64,000 bases of DNA, taken from assembly GCA_964648865.1 (NCBI GenBank), contig CAZYLV010000005.1:6360-70359 (forward strand), read 5' to 3'. Positions 62,880-64,000 of the stretch are shown here, piece by piece. This stretch comes from an uncultured Gammaproteobacteria bacterium. GTDB taxonomy: Bacteria > Patescibacteriota > Patescibacteriia > 2-12-FULL-57-11. The position numbers and the translations under genes were made by a program. Within the stretch, counting starts at the first letter, position 1, and every line of letters begins with the position of its first letter. A model generated the notes under the pieces. That model was not told the origin of the DNA. It saw nothing but the letters and a program-made list of their open reading frames with translations, and ran no database searches.

Positions 62880-63626
62880 ATGTGGTATCTCCTCGTCGCC
62901 GTCGTCTTCCTGCTACTGGTCTCGATCGTCCAGGTCAACCAGTACGAGAAGGCCCTCCTGTTCACCATGGGCCGCGTCACCGGCCTCAAGGAGCCGGGCT
63001 GGCGCCTGCGCGTCCCGGTGTTCCAGTTCATCAAGAAGGTCGACATGCGCCTCAAGACGCTCGACCTCCCGCCCCAGGACGCCATCACCCAGGACAACAT
63101 CTCGGTCAAGGTCAACGCCGTCATCTACTTCAAGGTGGTCGATCCGCGGAAGGCCTACATCGACGTGCAGAACGTGGACTTCGCGGTGTTCCAGCTGGCA
63201 CAGACGACCATGCGCAACGTGGTGGGCGAAGTGCCGCTCGACGACCTGCTCTCCAAGCGCGGCGAGTTGAGCCAGCGCATCGAGAAGATCGTCGACGAGA
63301 CCACGGTGACGTGGGGCGTGGAAGTCACCGGCGTCGAGCTCAAGGACATCAACCTGCCCGAGAGCATGGTCCGGACCATCGCCAAGCAGGCCGAGGCCGA
63401 GCGCGAACGCCGTGCCGTGATCATCAACTCGGAAGGTGAAGTCATCGCCTCCGAGAACCTGGCCAAGGCGGCGGCGACGCTGGCCCATGCGCCGGGCGCG
63501 CTGCATCTGCGTACCCTCAACTCCATCAACGACATCTCTTCCGACCAGTCCAACACCGTGGTCTTCGCGGTCCCGATGGAACTGCTCAAGGCCATCGAGG
63601 GCTTCGGCAAGAAGATGCAGCCGTAG
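62880..63626 (+). CDS. SPFH/stomatin (slipin) family protein
   Basis: VD.R...D.P.Q..IT.DN, AQTTMR, AKQAEAERERRA, ALHLR.L. Confidence 0.9.
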   Translation: MWYLLVAVVFLLLVSIVQVNQYEKALLFTMGRVTGLKEPGWRLRVPVFQFIKKVDMRLKTLDLPPQDAITQDNISVKVNAVIYFKVVDPRKAYIDVQNVDFAVFQLAQTTMRNVVGEVPLDDLLSKRGELSQRIEKIVDETTVTWGVEVTGVELKDINLPESMVRTIAKQAEAERERRAVIINSEGEVIASENLAKAAATLAHAPGALHLRTLNSINDISSDQSNTVVFAVPMELLKAIEGFGKKMQP

Positions 63627-63631
63627 CCGAT

Positions 63632-63661
63632 AAAAACGCCCCCGCCAAGCGGGGGCGTTTT
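63632..63661. terminator. bidirectional intrinsic terminator
   Basis: AAAACGCCCCC-GCCAAGC-GGGGGCGTTTT between convergent genes. Confidence 0.75.
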
Positions 63662-63670
63662 GCGTTCGCG

Positions 63671-64000
63671 TCACGGGGTGACGAATGCCGCCATTCCGTC
63701 GACGGCGAGGATATCCGCGAGTCGGGACCAGGGAAGGGTCACGTGCTGCGGACCGGCGGCATACGGCGCCACCTGGTAGGGCTCGAAGTGGATCGAGAGG
63801 CCGTCGGCCGACATGGTCCAGGCCCCGAAGCTCTCCTCGCGCGGCGCGGCGCCGGCGCGGATGTCCGCGGAGAGCGCCTCAAGGCCCTCGCCGAACGCCG
63901 CGTATTGCCGCTCCAGGTCGGCGATGGCCAGCGCGGAGAGCCGCTCGAGATACGGGGCGTCCGGGCGGAAGAGGTCGGCCAGCCGGACCTCCGATGCGCC
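63671..64000 (-). CDS. RsiV/DUF3298 family protein, C-terminal part (runs off the window)
   Basis: Reverse frame reads ..GLSIHFEPYQVAPYAAGPQHVTLPW.. Confidence 0.75.
   Translation of the reverse strand, partial: GASEVRLADLFRPDAPYLERLSALAIADLERQYAAFGEGLEALSADIRAGAAPREESFGAWTMSADGLSIHFEPYQVAPYAAGPQHVTLPWSRLADILAVDGMAAFVTP

Overview
High-GC bacterial chromosomal window. The gene content suggests a Patescibacteria/CPR (Parcubacteria-like) genome, which is an inference: compact housekeeping genes, a type IV pilus cluster without pilQ, and CPR-style surface proteins. It carries peptidoglycan/division genes (murD, murE, ftsB-like, ftsEX, murJ), DNA/RNA metabolism genes (mutY, era, rlmD-like, lepA, recJ, rnhA, ligA, dnaG, rpoD), gatCA, lgt, mtlD, a pilMNOP-pilB-RR-pilC-pilins-pilD cluster and four tRNAs (Thr-CGT, Gly-CCC, Gln-TTG, Ser-GGA). 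The most notable non-coding observations are: (1) a ~320-nt, highly structured minus-strand RNA candidate between ftsX and a cold-shock gene, with its own promoter-like and terminator signals, a long-range helix and two possible pseudoknots; (2) a 105-nt multi-hairpin AGCTCAGCT trailer duplicated behind two tRNAs and directly upstream of a GIY-YIG nuclease; (3) a palindromic repeat family inserted in frame in the cleavable leaders of two minor prepilins, plus a GTAG-type REP in frame in dnaG; (4) widespread -10 boxes 6-8 nt before start codons, suggesting leaderless transcription; (5) a ~70-nt 3' element shared by two unrelated hypothetical loci. All structures were read by eye and no searches were run.
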